DNA of 64,000 nucleotides from Chiloscyllium plagiosum (GCF_004010195.1 NC_057751.1:5090199-5154198), one strand, 5' to 3'. Positions 1-13,340 are shown, numbered from the stretch's first letter. Made by a program: numbers and translations. The notes: generated by a model not told the origin, from the letters alone.

Positions 1-803
1 TGTGGGTACAGTGTGGGTGAGGGGTACAGTGTGGGTGAGGGGTACAGTGTGGGTGAGGGGTACAGTGTGGGTGAGGGGTACAGTGTGGGTGAGGGGTACA
101 GTGTGGGTGAGGGGTACAGTGTGGGTGAGGGGTACAGTGTGGGTGAGGGGTACAGTGTGGGTGAGGGGTACAGTGTGGGTGAGGGGTACAGTGTGGGTGA
201 GGGGTACAGTGTGGGTGAGGGGTACAGTGTGGGTGAGGGGTACAGTGTGGGTGAGGGGTACAGTGTGGGTGAGGGGTACAGTGTGGGTGAGGGGTACAGT
301 GTGGGTGAGGGGTACAGTGTGGGTACAGTGTGGGTGAGGGGGTACAGTGTGGGTACAGTGTGGGTGAGGGGGTACAGTGTGGGTACAGTGTGGGTGAGGG
401 GGTACAGTGTGGGTACAGTGTGGGTGAGGGGGTACAGTGTGGGTACAGTGTGGGTGAGGGGGTACAGTGTGGGTACAGTGTGGGTGAGGGGGTACAGTGT
501 GGGTACAGTGTGGGTGAGGGGGTACAGTGTGGGTACAGTGTGGGTGAGGGGGTACAGTGTGGGTACAGTGTGGGTGAGGGGGTACAGTGTGGGTACAGTG
601 TGGGTGAGGGGGTACAGTGTGGGTACAGTGTGGGTGAGGGGGTACAGTGTGGGTACAGTGTGGGTGAGGGGGTACAGTGTGGGTACAGTGTGGGTGAGGG
701 GGTACAGTGTGGGTACAGTGTGGGTGAGGGGGTACAGTGTGGGTACAGTGTGGGTGAGGGGGTACAGTGTGGGTACAGTGTAGGTACAGTGTGGGTGAGG
801 GGT
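1..803. repeat. G-rich compound minisatellite (18-bp unit, then 30-bp unit) in an SLC23A2 intron
   Basis: (TGTGGGTGAGGGGTACAG)n to about 320, then (TGGGTGAGGGGGTACAGTGTGGGTACAGTG)n; near-perfect copies. Confidence 0.97.
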
Positions 804-991
804 CATGGAGAACAGTAGAGAGCGCTCTGAGATCTCCCGTGTTTGATGCTGGTTTAAGCAGCCAGTGATGTGGAGCAGTCGATTGTATAGGGCTCTGCCG
901 TGACAGAGGGTTAAATCTGCGCTGGTATGGCCCAACACTCTGATCATGGAGGACAGGCAGTTACAGTCTCACGGCTACGTAGCAGACTTAC

Positions 992-1148
992 AGGGGTAAG
1001 GAACTTTGAACCACGGAGCGACAGAGAGGACACCTTTCCGAGCATCAGTCCGAGCGTAGTATCCATACTGACCACTGTCCGGTGGGAAAACATCCGTCAC
1101 GGTGAAGATAAAGCACAGGAACCACGAGACCAGGATGGCCAAGATAAT
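992..1148 (-). CDS. SLC23A2: SLC23A2 coding exon 9
   Basis: [52 protein letters not shown]; AG at 1149-1150, GT at 990-991. Confidence 0.95.
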
Positions 1149-1687
1149 CTGCAGGACAACAGCCAGAAAGGAGAAGCTGGGAGTCAGTCAGACGCAATCA
1201 CTACACTGCCATGCAGTCTGCCATCTGCTGGAGGATTTGGCACAGCACTGAGAGGGTGCCACCTTGCCAAGAGCGCACTGCTGCCCAACCTCAGCTCAAC
1301 CCTCCCAGGGGAAAGCCCGGCTCTGATAGCACAGCAAGATCCCAACAGGACCCAGCAAACGCTCACCCCCTCCATCCCCACCCCATCGCCCTCTCGACAC
1401 GCCAGTCACTCCCTCCTCAGGGCACCCCAGTCACTCCCTGACGGATCGATTTCGATCACTGGGGATCAGGTCCCTGTCAGGGAATCCGTTTGCTGGCTGA
1501 AGATCCAGCCTCTCCCTGAGGGGTTCGAGTCCTTCTTGAGAGATCCATTTGCTCACCGGGGAATCGGATCGCTCTGTGGGGAGAGGGGTGGGATTTTGCC
1601 GGTCTCCAGGCAGGATGGTAAGCTGTGAAAAGCCAGGGAGTGAGTGAGTGAGTGCGTGCTGCCTGTAACCTGGACCAGTGTACTCAC

Positions 1688-1808
1688 CGGGAACATCTTA
1701 AAGAGCTGCAGCTTGTAGGCAGTCCAACCTTTCTTGTATTTATAAACCGGAAGGGGAAGTTTCACATTGCGAGCGTACTGAGAGAAAAACAGCACCAAGA
1801 AGATGGTC
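1688..1808 (-). CDS. SLC23A2: SLC23A2 coding exon 8
   Basis: [40 protein letters not shown]; canonical splice sites; 121 nt. Confidence 0.95.
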
Positions 1809-1865
1809 CTGGGAGGGAAATAAACACACCAGCAACGTTCAGGGCTGGAGCGGCAGTGAGTCATC

Positions 1866-2846
1866 CCTGCTCCCTCTGTCTGGGAATACCGCTCCCGCCG
1901 TCCGGGAAACCCGCGCCCTCCGTCCGGGAATACTGCGCCCTCTGTCTGGGAATACCGCTCCCTCTGTCCGGGAATACCGCTCCCTCCGTCCCGAAACCCC
2001 GCTCCCTCTGTCCGGGAATACCGCGCATTCCGTCCGGGAAACCTGTGCCCTCTGTCCAGGAATACCGCTCCCTCAATCCGGGAACCTTGCTCCCGCCTTC
2101 CGGGAATACCGCTCCCTCCGTCCGGGAACCTCGTTCCTTTCTTCTGGGAACACAACTCCCTCCGTCCGGGAATACTGCTCCCTCTGTCTGGGAACCTCGC
2201 TCCCGCTTTCCGGGAACACTGCTCCCTCCGTCTGGGAACCCCGCTCCCTCTGTCCGGGAACCTCGCTCCCTCCATCCGGGAATACTGCTCCCTCCGTCCG
2301 GGAACCTCGCTCCCTCTGTCCGGGAATATCGCTCCCTCTGTCCGGGAACCTCGCTCCCTCCATCCAGGAATACTGCTCCCTCCGTCCGGGAACCTCGCTC
2401 CCTCCATCCGGGAATACTGCTCCCTCCGTCCGGGAACCTCGCTCCCTCTGTCCGGGAATATCGCTCCTTCTGTCCGGGAATACTGCTCCCTCCGTCCGGG
2501 AACCCTGCTCCCTCCATCCGGGAACCCTGCTCCCTCCATCCGGGAATACCGCACACTTCGTCTGGGAAACCTGTGCCCTCTGTCCGGGAATACCGCTTCC
2601 TCAGTCCGGAAACCTCACTCCCTCAGTCCGGGAAACCTCTCCCACTGTTCGGGAATCCCGCTCTCTACATCTGGGACTGCTCCCTCCGTCTGGGAATACC
2701 TCTCCCTCCGTCTGGGAACCCTGCTCCCTCCGTCCGGGAATACCGCTCCCTCCATCGCGGAACCCCGCTTCCTCCGTCCGGGAATACCACTCCCTCCGTC
2801 CGGGAACCCCGCTCCCTTTGTCCGGGAACCCTGCTCCCTCCATCAG
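1866..2846. repeat. CpG-rich 22-bp minisatellite (about 44 copies)
   Basis: Unit GGGAATACCGCTCCCTCCGTCC and variant GGGAACCTCGCTCCCTCTGTCC; creates periodic stop-free ORFs in several frames. Confidence 0.95.
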
Positions 2847-3482
2847 GGAGGTTGCCAACTCAGCCTTGGCATGGACCTGGTACTGCACTGGGGCACACAG
2901 CCGGTTGAGGGAGAGGTTCTACAGCATGTGCCCACTCACATGGTCAGCAACGCTCCCTCATCGACAACCCACTGTACTATCCCACCAACTCAGGACGTCA
3001 CAGCCTGCCCCTGCATCCGAGGGCACTTCAGAGCCCCATCTGCGGACCTCCACACCCAGAGCCGTGGACACTGGAGGGAGAGGGGAGCCGGTGAGTTGTA
3101 ACGCCTGTGGAACTGGGGGGCAGGCCATCGGTTTCTGGGTGGAACAGCAGACTCACTGCAGCCCTGTTACTGACAGCGGACAGCTCCAGACTGAGGGGTC
3201 ACTATCCCTTCCTAATCCCTCCCTTTCCCCCTCCTCACGCTCACCGAGTCCTGACGGGAAGGACAACCCCCTTTCCTGCTCCCACCCCTCCACCCAACTC
3301 CTTGGGGTAGGGCATGACCGCAGTCTTTGGGGGTGGGGGTGGGGGAGGGGTGAGCTAACCACGTGACAAATGCTTCCTTCAGCCTGGCACCACCCCTGAG
3401 CAATCCCACAGTATCCCCTCCCCAATGCCAGCCCCGGCCCACTGCCTCTCCACCGCAGCCAAAGCTGCGTACCCATACTCAC

Positions 3483-3664
3483 AGCATGGCAATGCCCCAG
3501 TGCTGCCCAGCTCGCTCGCCAGCTGCCTGGTAGCCGGACAGGCCAATCAGAGCCACTGTTGGGGTGATGGTCAAAGGTCCGATGTAGTTCAGCAGAATGC
3601 CAGGCAGACCCAGCAACCCGATCAGCACCTCCACCAGCGAGGACATGATGATGGCGCCTTGGAT
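3483..3664 (-). CDS. SLC23A2: SLC23A2 coding exon 7
   Basis: [61 protein letters not shown]; 182 nt, AG/GT flanked. Confidence 0.96.
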
Positions 3665-4744
3665 CTGTGGTGGGCAGAGGGGCAAGTCACTCCACTGGAC
3701 TAGAGGGGCAGAATAGCCTTGGAGCCCCTTCCCCCCCACACCACCCCAGTCTCAGAGAGCTGAGCCATGGTGAACTGCCTTGTCACAGCCAGGCACCCCT
3801 CAGTGGGGACAAAGAGAAGATCTGTCCAAACCAGCCCACCCTGACATTCCCGAACATCACACAGGAACACCAACCTTCTGATGGCCAGCACACTCAGGAT
3901 AGGCCAGGGGGAATTCTGGCCATCCCCCTCTCCCACCGGCCCCAGGGTCACAGAGCTCCACTTAGGCTATCTCCCTCCCTGCTTTCTCATCCCACTCCAG
4001 TCCCAATTCCCCCCCCCCGCCTCATCCGTGGGGCTTGTCTTTGGGAGTAATGGAAACGTGACGCGGATTAACCCCCCCCCCGCAATCCCCTGGCCTGTCA
4101 GAAGGTCACATATCCACCCCCCCAGTCCCATTGAGGCTTGGGCACATCACCAGCTCTGTGTCCCATGTCTAACAGTACTCTCACCACTGCGCCCAACGCA
4201 CACGGCTGGGCCAATGTGTTCCCACTCCGGGCTGGGAGCCATCGGGAGGGACATGGGATCTGAAGGATAGAGGGTAGGGTCCGGTGACAAGTGTCACTCA
4301 CCGAGGTGGGTCCCTCAGTGTCTCCCAGCCATCCGCCTGGGTCTGACAGACACTTGCTGGGACCACAGTCCACCTGGGAATCTCCCACAGCTACACAGAG
4401 AGGTTTCACACAACAGCTCGGAGCTGGATGTCCGGGATGGAGCCAGCATCCCAGAGTCAGGGAGCTGAGAGAGAGAGGGAGGGACAGGATCACTTCATCA
4501 GCCGTCTCTGCTGACTGCCTCAGTGCAGCACCGGGAGAGAGACAGAGGGACCCCTTCAGTTAATGGCATACCCTGACACTGTCACCAACAATACTCCCAC
4601 CTTACCCCCTCCCCTCCCGACCACCTCTCCTCGTGACTCCTGTCCCTCTCAGCCCAGACCTGGGTCTGAAAGGGCACACCATCAACGAGAAGACGTTGAG
4701 GGAGCTGTGACCAAAATTAAGGAGTGCCTCTGAGAGAGCCTTAC

Positions 4745-4812
4745 CTCTCGGATCCTGGGATGCCAAATATGCGAAGTGTCCATCACTTCAGAGCTATTCC
4801 TAAAGGTTACAT
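4745..4812 (-). CDS. SLC23A2: SLC23A2 coding exon 6
   Basis: (D)VTFRNSSEVMDTSHIWHPRIRE; phase-compatible 68 nt, AAG acceptor, GTAAG donor; N-glycosylation sequon NSS. Confidence 0.9.
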
Positions 4813-4929
4813 CTTAAAGGTAAGGACATGGGGAAAACAGAGAGAGAGTCAAAGAACAGTAGCCTAATGCCCCTGACCCTATCAGTGAGTGTGTGAGGGA
4901 CGTGTGTGACACACGCGCGCGCACGCGCC

Positions 4930-5392
4930 ATTGGAGGCAGTCCAGAGAAGATTCACTTGGCTGATCCTGGGGATGGAGGGACTCTCTTATGAGGACAGCT
5001 TGCGTAGGGTGGGCTTGTACTGACTGGAGCTCAGAGGAATGACAGGAGACCTTGCTGAAATGTACAAGATCCTAAGGGATATGGAGAGGTTGTTCCCCCT
5101 TGTGGGAGAGTCTGGGACCAGAGGGTGTACTCTCAGAGAAAGGGGTCACCCACTGATGAGAGAGATGTGGAGGAGTTTCTCCTCTCTGAGGGGAGTGAGG
5201 CTGTGGGATTCTCTCCCACAGAGGGATGGCAAGGCTGGGTCACTAAAGGCTGAGACAGAGAGGAGGGAGGGGGAATCGAGGGCGATGGGGAACAGGCAGG
5301 AAAGGGAAGTGGTGGGTGATCAGGTCAGCCACAATCTGATTGAATGGCGGAGCAGACTGGATGGGCTGAGCGGCCTCCTGCTGCTCCTATGT
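4930..5392 (+). mobile_element. CR1-like LINE 3' fragment
   Basis: Degenerate ORF2 C-terminus (GDLAEMYKIL, TRG, VRLWDSLPQ) plus 3' UTR. Confidence 0.75.
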
Positions 5393-5615
5393 CTGAACAT
5401 GCAGAGCAGTAAGGGAAGGAAAGTTCCTGGGAGGATGCTGGACATTGAGATGAGCATCCGTGAAAATGTCTGTTTGCAAGGAGCTGGAAGTCATGGCCTT
5501 GCCCCTGAGCCAGTGAGGAGCCTGCAGGACCCCATCCTGAACTCTGTCCCACACTCTGATCCCACCCCCCCCGCCCCCTTCATCCCGAGCAGTGAGTGTC
5601 AAACTCTCCCCTTAC

Positions 5616-5704
5616 CTGAGTTATTACATTTCCATTTCTCCAGGGACAGAATGGCTCGAGCAGGAGCAAGGAACGCAAAGGCACTGGCCTGAAATAAGGG
5701 CAGC
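5616..5704 (-). CDS. SLC23A2: SLC23A2 coding exon 5
   Basis: (R)[29 protein letters not shown]; 89 nt, AG/GT flanked. Confidence 0.95.
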
Positions 5705-5859
5705 CTGTCAAACCCAACAACACAGCAATTACACAGGGCAACACAGAGAGAAAAGCTCTTCCCCCCCAGACTGTCAACACAAGGAGCACGTGTTCCAGGT
5801 CCCCCAGCCTTCGGGAGCTCCGTCCTGACTCCCTCCAGTCTTGTTGGAGATGAGATCCA

Positions 5860-6600
5860 GCCCTCTCCTTCTTCACCTGAACTTCAGTGAATATATTCCA
5901 AACTAATTGACCCTGCCTTTATTGGTCAGCCCTGGCATCCCAGGAATCCATCTGGGAAACCTTCATTGCACTCCATCGACATCCTCCCTCAGATAAGGAG
6001 ACCAGAACTGCACACAGCATTCCAGGTGCGGCCTTCCCACCGCCCTGTATAAATCCAACAAGAAATCCTTATCCCTGAATTCCAATCCTCTCACTGTGAA
6101 GATCAGCACAGAGTTTGCCACCTTTACTGCCTGCTGTGCCTGAGCACTTAGTGGGTGGTACATGAGGACTCCCAGGTCTCACTGAACATTTTCCTGTCTC
6201 ACTTTACAGCCATTCAAATCATCATCTGTCTTCCTACTTTTGGTGCCAAAATAAATCACCTGATACTTATCCACATTATGCTGCATCTGCTATGCATTTG
6301 CCCATTCACTCAGTCTGTACAAATCACATTGCGATATCGCTGCATCCCCCTCACAGTTTTCCCAACCACCCAGCTCTATGTCATCTGCAAATTCTGGGGT
6401 AGTACATTTAGTTCCCTCACCTAAATCATGAATGAATATTGTGAACAGCTGGGGTCCAAGTACCAATCCTTGTAGAAGCTCACAGGTCACTGCCTACCAT
6501 TCAGAAACAACCCTTTTTATTTCTACTTTTTGATTCCTGTCTACAAACCAATTTTCTATCCATTTCAGTGCACTACCCATGATCCCATGTGCTTTTATCT
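5860..6600 (-). mobile_element. CR1-like LINE reverse-transcriptase fragment
   Basis: QGLVLGPQLFTIFIHDL, FADD and RPHLECCVQFWSPY motifs in broken ORFs. Confidence 0.85.
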
Positions 6601-7429
6601 CTGATCAGATTGACAATGGCTTGTATCCTGTGCAGATTGCGCAAGGAGTGCTGTCTTGTTAACCTATTCCCAAGTTTATTTTATCCTTGTATCCCATTTT
6701 CAGCCCAGAAGGACACCCCATTCCCTGAAGATTTCTTCTGGGGACTGAGTGAAGGTTCGAGATGATCGTGAGACCCAGGAGAGAATCGACTTCGGTCTTG
6801 GGATCTTGTGGGATCTTGGACTGTGGTCGATGGGTTGCTGGATTGGGAGCATCTAGACAGGGCTCAGTGTAGACAAAGCCAGCAAGGGAGGAAACCATAA
6901 CTCACGGACTTACTTTCAAAATCTGGACACTATTTATTCCAGCCTTCAGCTGTCTGGGGTCTGAGCTCTGGAATTCTGTCCTGAAACCTCTCCCACAGTA
7001 CCGGCTTCAACCCAAACTCTCTGACAACAATGAGAGTTGGAGACAACGTTTCCACAGGAGGGATGTGTCACATTCTGAGGGGGACAGACGATGGGAGCAG
7101 GAAGGTAGTTTCCCCCTTGCTGCAGCGGACAGTGACCAAAGTGGGGGGGGGGCAGAGGGTGAAGGGAAGGGGTAGGAGGTTTCAATGGGATGTGAGGGAA
7201 ACCTTCCTCACTCAGAGGAATCTGGAACTCTCTGCCACATCGCAGACATATGCAGATGTGGTGCTCAGGCTATGGGCCAGGTGCTGGGAGGTGGGGTTAG
7301 AGCAGTGAGATGATTGTTTCAGGACCAGGACAGGCCCGATGGGCTAATGGGCCTGATTCTGTGCACTCTGACTCACTGATCAGCTGAGGTCTCCTGACCT
7401 GATCAGAGAGCGATGCCTACTGATTGTGA

Positions 7430-8290
7430 CTGTATCCACATCCACCACTGCCTCTGGAAATTCACTCGCTGTGTAAAAAAGTCATGTCCTTTTTAAATCT
7501 CACTGGAAAGATATGCTCCCACCTGACAGAAAATACCTTGACCACTCACTATATCCATGCCCCTCATGATTTTATAATCCTTTAAAAAGGTCACCTCTCA
7601 GCCTCCTACGCTCCAGTGCACAAAGTCCCAGTCTCTCCTTCGAACCCAACCCCTCCATTCCCAGCAATACCCTGCTAAGTCTTTTCTGAACCCTTTCCAG
7701 ATTAATAATATCCTTCCTATAACAGGGTGACCAGAACTGGGCACAGTATTTCGGAAGAAGCCTCACTAACATCCTGTCCAACCTCAAGGTGATATCCCAA
7801 CTCAGAGGTCTGAGCAATGTGTGCAAGACACCTTCTGAACCACCCTGTCTGTATGGGAGGCAAACTTTCAAAAAGGAGGTCACTGAACCTCTCCATCTCC
7901 CTGTTCTACAACACAAGCCAGGGGCCTAGCATTAATTGGAAAAGTCCCATCCTCGTTTGTTATATCAAACTGCAATCCCTCGTATTTATCCAAATTCATC
8001 TCCATCTGCCACTCCTCAGCCCACTGACACGATTGGTCAGCATCTCTTTGTAATTTTCGCTAATAATCATCACCGCCCACAAACTTACTAACTAACGCCG
8101 TCTATATTCTCATTTAAATCACTCATCTAAATGGCAGGCAATAGATCACCCAGCACCCGAACCCTGTGGAAAACCACTGGTGATAGGCATCCAGTCCAGA
8201 AAACACCACCACCCTCTGCTCCTCACGTTAAGCCAAGTTTGGATCCAATTGGCTAACTCCCCCTGAGCCCCAAGCGATCTAAGTTTCCAA
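7430..8290 (-). mobile_element. CR1-like LINE fragment
   Basis: YCAQFWSPCYRKDIINLERVQKR and ERRRLRGDL motifs. Confidence 0.8.
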
Positions 8291-8317
8291 AAAAAAATTA
8301 CCCATCAGCTATTACAA

Positions 8318-8570
8318 GGAGGTATAGCTTTAAATTAAGGGGGGGTAGGTATAGGACAGATGTTAGGGGTAGGTTCTTTACTCAGCGAGTCGTGAGTTCA
8401 TGGAATGCCCTGCCAGTAGCAGTGGTGGACTCTCCCTCTTTATGGGCATTTAAGCGGGCATTGGATAGGCATATGGAGGATAGTGGGCTAGTGTAGGTTA
8501 GGTGGGCTTGGATCGGCGCAACATCGAGGGCCGAAGGGCCTGTACTGCACTGTATTCTTCTATGTTCTAT
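8318..8570 (+). mobile_element. CR1-like LINE 3' end
   Basis: FFTQRVVSSWNALP-type coding remnant ending in the TTCTATGTTCTAT tail. Confidence 0.7.
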
Positions 8571-8908
8571 ATCTCTACCGCCTTGAAGGTCAAGGGCAGC
8601 AGGTACATGGGAACACCACCCCCTCAAAGTCCCTCACCACCCTGAACTGGATAGATATTGCTGTTCGGTCACTGTCACTGGGTCACAATCCTGGAATTCC
8701 CTCTCCAAGAGCATCGTGGGTGTCTCTCAAGCATACATTTGAATGGGGCAGCTCATTACCACCTTTCTCAAGGGAAGGGGCACTGAATGAAAGGTTTCTG
8801 AGCAATACTCATGTCCCTTTGCTTGGATTGAATCCAGAAACACAGCAAATTGGAGCACAGTGTAGGCTAGTCCTGAAGGTGGGGGACATGTGTGTGGGAC
8901 AGCCATAC

Positions 8909-9066
8909 CTGCAGCCCAGGGTACTCTGAAGCAGCGTTGTCAATCCCACACAGAAGAAGATGGTCCCAATCAGTTGACTGGTGGCCCACTGGTCAAAGCC
9001 AACACACATGGCATCAACCAACAGGAAGGGAACAGCAATGGTCCCACTGAAACAGGTCAGGTAGTG
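8909..9066 (-). CDS. SLC23A2: SLC23A2 coding exon 4
   Basis: [52 protein letters not shown](R); 158 nt. Confidence 0.96.
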
Positions 9067-9164
9067 CTGGAGAGCAACAGGACAGAAAAAACCCCATGTT
9101 AGTCAGATCACATAAACACACCACTCCCCTCTTCAACACAACTCTCCCCATTCACATACAGATG

Positions 9165-9305
9165 GACAGAGAGACAGAGTGAGGGAGAAAAAGAGAGAGA
9201 GAGAGAAACACAGAGCCAGATAGAGAGAGCGAGCGAGAGAGGGAGAGTGAGCGAGAGAGGGAAAGAGAGGAAGGGAGACACAGGGAGACAGAGAGAGACA
9301 CACGG

Positions 9306-9343
<38 letters not shown>

Positions 9344-9415
9344 GGGGAGAGACAGAGCGCGAGCGAGAGACAGGAAGAGAGAGCAAGGGGGGAGAGAGTG
9401 AGAAGTGGAGAGAGG
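9165..9415. repeat. (GA)n-rich microsatellite
   Basis: Interrupted GA/GACA runs. Confidence 0.9.
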
Positions 9416-10479
9416 CTGTACAAATCTACAAGAGATTCATGATATACTAGAAGTTGAATGGGCTGATTTCAATTCGAGCAAGTATGGTTCTGTAGTGAAA
9501 GCTATTGTAACTTGTTTCCGAATCAAGTTGGGCCTGTTTTGTATTGGTATTGGCTTGTTTCCACATTGATTTGACCATTTCAGGATCGTGGGACACCTGA
9601 ACAAATATATTGCTAACATTTGAGTTGCAGATGTCGAACTTGTATGAAGGAGAGATGAGACAAGAGGACTGAGAAGCCAGAGAATGTGTATGAAATGTCC
9701 TTGGTGTTGTTCAGTGAGGAACAGGCTCTCTCTCTCTGGTTGCTGTGGTTATGATATCAACGATGCTCTTGCTCAGTCCTGCATGGACTAGGTGCTGAGA
9801 GATTTCCGACTCTGACGGAATTGCTTATGCAGCATTCCCAGGTTACACAGTCATCCAAACGGACAGAGCGACCAAGTTAATGATCCACCCCTCAGTCAAT
9901 AAGAGCGGTGTCACTTTAATCACTCACGTCAGGGGACTGCTGTATGCTCTGTTCTGTGTCACCTCATCCTGTATCTGCACTACTCCCCCTCTCAGCTCCC
10001 CATCTTCACTGCTCACTGCCAAACAGTCCGTCTCCCAGCTCCTTCCCCTGCCATTATCAGTGGCCAAACTGAAAACCCCTGGTAATCTCTTCACACTCCA
10101 GCTCCCAACTGACCCAGAGTGTGGTCACATGGCATGAGCTCCTCGTTGCCATGCCTACAGGCCGGGCCCTGCTTGGGAATCAGTGCCTGGATGGTTTAGA
10201 TATTGACTCAATTAACTCACAGTCCATTATTGCAGGGAAGAGACAACCTGTTCGAGCTTGCCAAGCTCTCTGCTGAGGACAGGATGGGAGATACTGAGAG
10301 GACTTGACAAGGGGGATGTGGAGACATTGTTTCCCCTTGTGGGAAAGTCTCAGACCAGAGGGCATCATCTCAGAGTCAGGGGTCACCCACTTCAATCTGA
10401 GATGAGGAGGAATTCCTTCTCTCAGACAGGAGTGGAGTTGTGGGATCAAGGTTGAACCCGATCCAACCACTACACATTA

Positions 10480-11530
10480 ACACCACATTCAACTGAGTGT
10501 GGTATCAAGGAGCCCAGAGTAAAACTGGAGTCAGTGGCTATCAGGGAGCAAAGCTCCACTGGTTGGACTCATTCCTGGCACACAGGAAGATGGTGGCAGC
10601 TATTGGAGGTCAGTTACCTCAGCTCCAGCTCATCTCTGCAGCAGTACAGTGACCTTCCCTCCATCAGAAGGGTGGGGGGTGTTCATCGATGATTGCACCA
10701 TGTTCAACACCATTTGGGCATCCACAGATATTGCAGTAGTCCCATGCTTAAATGCAGCAAGATCCGGACAATATCCACGCTTGGGCTGACAAGTGGCATT
10801 TGTGTGCCATATAAATGCCAGGCTGTGACCATCTCCCACAAGAGACAACCTGACCACCACCCCTTGACATCCAATGGAGTTACCATCACTGAGTCCTCCT
10901 CTACCAACACCCTGGGGATTACCATTAACCAGAAACTGACAGCCATTTCTTCGAGCCATACCAACACAGTGACTGGGAATACTGTGGGGAGTAACTCCCC
11001 TCCTGACTCCCCGAAGCCTGTCCACCATCGACAAGGCCTAAGTCAGGAGTGGGATGGATTACTCCCCACTTGCCTGGATGGGTGCAGCTCCAACAACACT
11101 CAAGAAGCTCAACACCATCCAGGACAGAGCAGCCCCCACCTGATTGACACCACACCCACAAACATCCACTCCCCCCCCCACTGACCCTCAGCAGCAGCAG
11201 TGTGTACCATCTACAAGACACACTGCAACAATTCACCAAAGATCCTCAGACAGCCCCTTCCAAACCCACAACCACTTCCATCTAGAAGGACAAGGGGCAG
11301 CAGATATATGGAAAAAACACCACCCCCTGCATGTTCCCCTCCCAGCCACTCACCATCCTGACTTGGAAATATATCGCCATTCCTTCAGTGTCACTGGGTC
11401 AGAATCCTGGAATTCCCTCCCTCAGGCATTGTGGGTCAGCCCACAGCACATGGACTGCAGCGGCTCAGCTCACCCCCACCTTCACAAGGGGCAACTAGGG
11501 ACGGATGTTAAATGGTGTGCCTGGCCGATG
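10480..11530 (+). mobile_element. Degenerate non-LTR retrotransposon 3' region (second family)
   Basis: RT-like FIDDCT remnant near 10682; colinear homologous copy at 20710-21940 and shorter fragments near 8570-8820 and 62280-62600. Confidence 0.7.
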
Positions 11531-11922
11531 TTGTGATCGAATAACCAATGTGTAAAGCAGCAGATTGGAAACAATGAGCAACATTATTTGCAGTCACCCA
11601 GCAACAGCCAGCTATTTGACCAGGAAAGACCTCACAGGTTTGTGCGATGGTATTTTCACCCTGTCGCCCCACACAGACACTGACTCACAAAGGTTCTGAC
11701 TGACACACACAAACACACATACAGAAAGGCCCCTCTTCACTACCTCCCCTCCCATGAGACACACCCTGCCTTGATGTCTTTCCTGTCATCTGGATCTCCG
11801 GAATGCACGGGGTGGTGATCTGGACGTCTCCAATGGATAAAGCATAGCTGGGCAGTGCCAGCATTCAGGACAGGATGGGACAGGAGGCACTGGCTGAGGT
11901 GGCACATCGCTCTGGGACTCAC

Positions 11923-12039
11923 CTGTAAACCCAAGAATATACAGAGATACCAAGGTGGGACATCTTCAATAGTGTAGATCATGTCCAGTCTCTGTGCCTC
12001 ACTACAAGCATGGCTGTCCGAGCTATCCGATAAGGAGGA
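11923..12039 (-). CDS. SLC23A2: SLC23A2 coding exon 3
   Basis: [39 protein letters not shown]; 117 nt. Confidence 0.96.
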
Positions 12040-12598
12040 CTGTAAGGACAAATCCAAACCAAGAACATCAACAAGGTATTCTCCATCTGACCCTGAAACA
12101 TCACCCCCCCACACACCATGCAGAACCAGCCCAGTTCCCCCTCCCAGCACTGCCCACTGCTAGGGGCTACGGTGACTGCTCTGCAAGGTGAATTCAGACC
12201 CAGGCTTCTCTCAGACAGGGGACATGGCCTTATCTCTCCACAATGCAAAGTCTCTCTCTCTCTCTGTCTCCCACTCTCTCTCTCTCTCTCTCCTTCCCCC
12301 CGACTGCTCTCTTCCCCCACCCGCCTCTCCCCCACGGACCAGCCCATTCCTGAGGGGACAAACTCTCAGCCAGCTCCCAAGTGCAATCCCAGCTCCCAAA
12401 GCCCACAGACCCTTCCCGTAACTGAGTGAGAAAGGGTTTACAGTTCCTGTGTCCCACCACCCCAGGCAAGGAACTAAGGATAGACTGTCCCGGAGTTCAC
12501 AGGGAGAATTTCAGGAATCGCTCAGAGTAAGCTTTCTTGAGGCTTACATATCACTCATCCTCCCTCCTTCCCCCCTTGCCTGGTGCACACAGACCTTG

Positions 12599-12980
12599 TG
12601 GGTAACATGGTGGCTCAGTGGTTAGCACTGCTGCCTCACTGCGCCAGAGACCCGGGCTCGATTCCACCCTCGGGTAACTGTCTGCATGGGAGAATGTACA
12701 AACTCCTCGTTTCTGTGTGGGCTTCCTCCGGGTGCTCCGGTTTTCTCCCACAGTCCAAAGATGTGCAGCTTAGGGAGGATTGGCGATGGGAAATTTCCCA
12801 CAGTGTCCAGGGATGTGCAGGCTAGGGGGGTGGGGGGGGGGGGGGGAGGAGGGGGTTAGCCACGGGAAAGGTAGAGTTAGAGGATGGGTGGGATGGATCT
12901 GGGTGGATCCTCTTTGGAGGGTCAGCTTGGATCCGATGGGCCAAATGGCCTGTTTCCCCCTGCAAGGATGCTAGGATTCT
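12599..12980 (+). mobile_element. tRNA-derived V-SINE (HE1-like)
   Basis: Box A TGGCTCAGTGG, box B-like GGCTCGATTCC, V-domain GGGTGCTCCGGTTTTCTCCCACAGTCCAAAG, LINE-like tail. Confidence 0.85.
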
Positions 12981-13340
12981 CAGCAATTGGCTAATATTTG
13001 AGTTTGGAGTTGCAAACTGTTTAGAGTTGGGTCACACACGGGCCATAGGCTACTGTGGGCGACCAGACAAAGAGAGTGTGGGGGACATTCCCGGGAGGGG
13101 GCACCGACAGTGGGAATGGGAGGACACAGCATACCACCAGATCAGTGCATCAGGCACTCCCCCGGGAACTGGGATATGACAGAGCTGGTGCACTGAGATG
13201 CACAGTGATCAGTGTCCTCAACAAGCCCATACACCAACTGATTGGACCAACTTCACTCCCAGTACAACACAGGGTTCCCAGCAGCTAGTCAATCCACATG
13301 AACAGAAACCCGAGCAGGAGACCACAAACTGGAGAGTTAC

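Noticed and set aside
2-818. Periodic ORFs (GTVWVR)n and (GEGYSV)n
   Set aside because: Translations of a stop-free intronic minisatellite
927-1628. 233-aa plus-strand ORF
   Set aside because: Antisense to SLC23A2 exon 9 and intron; low-information composition
1553-2908. Long 231-418 aa ORFs on both strands
   Set aside because: Products of the 22-bp array; only the SLC23A2 exon 8 portion is real coding sequence
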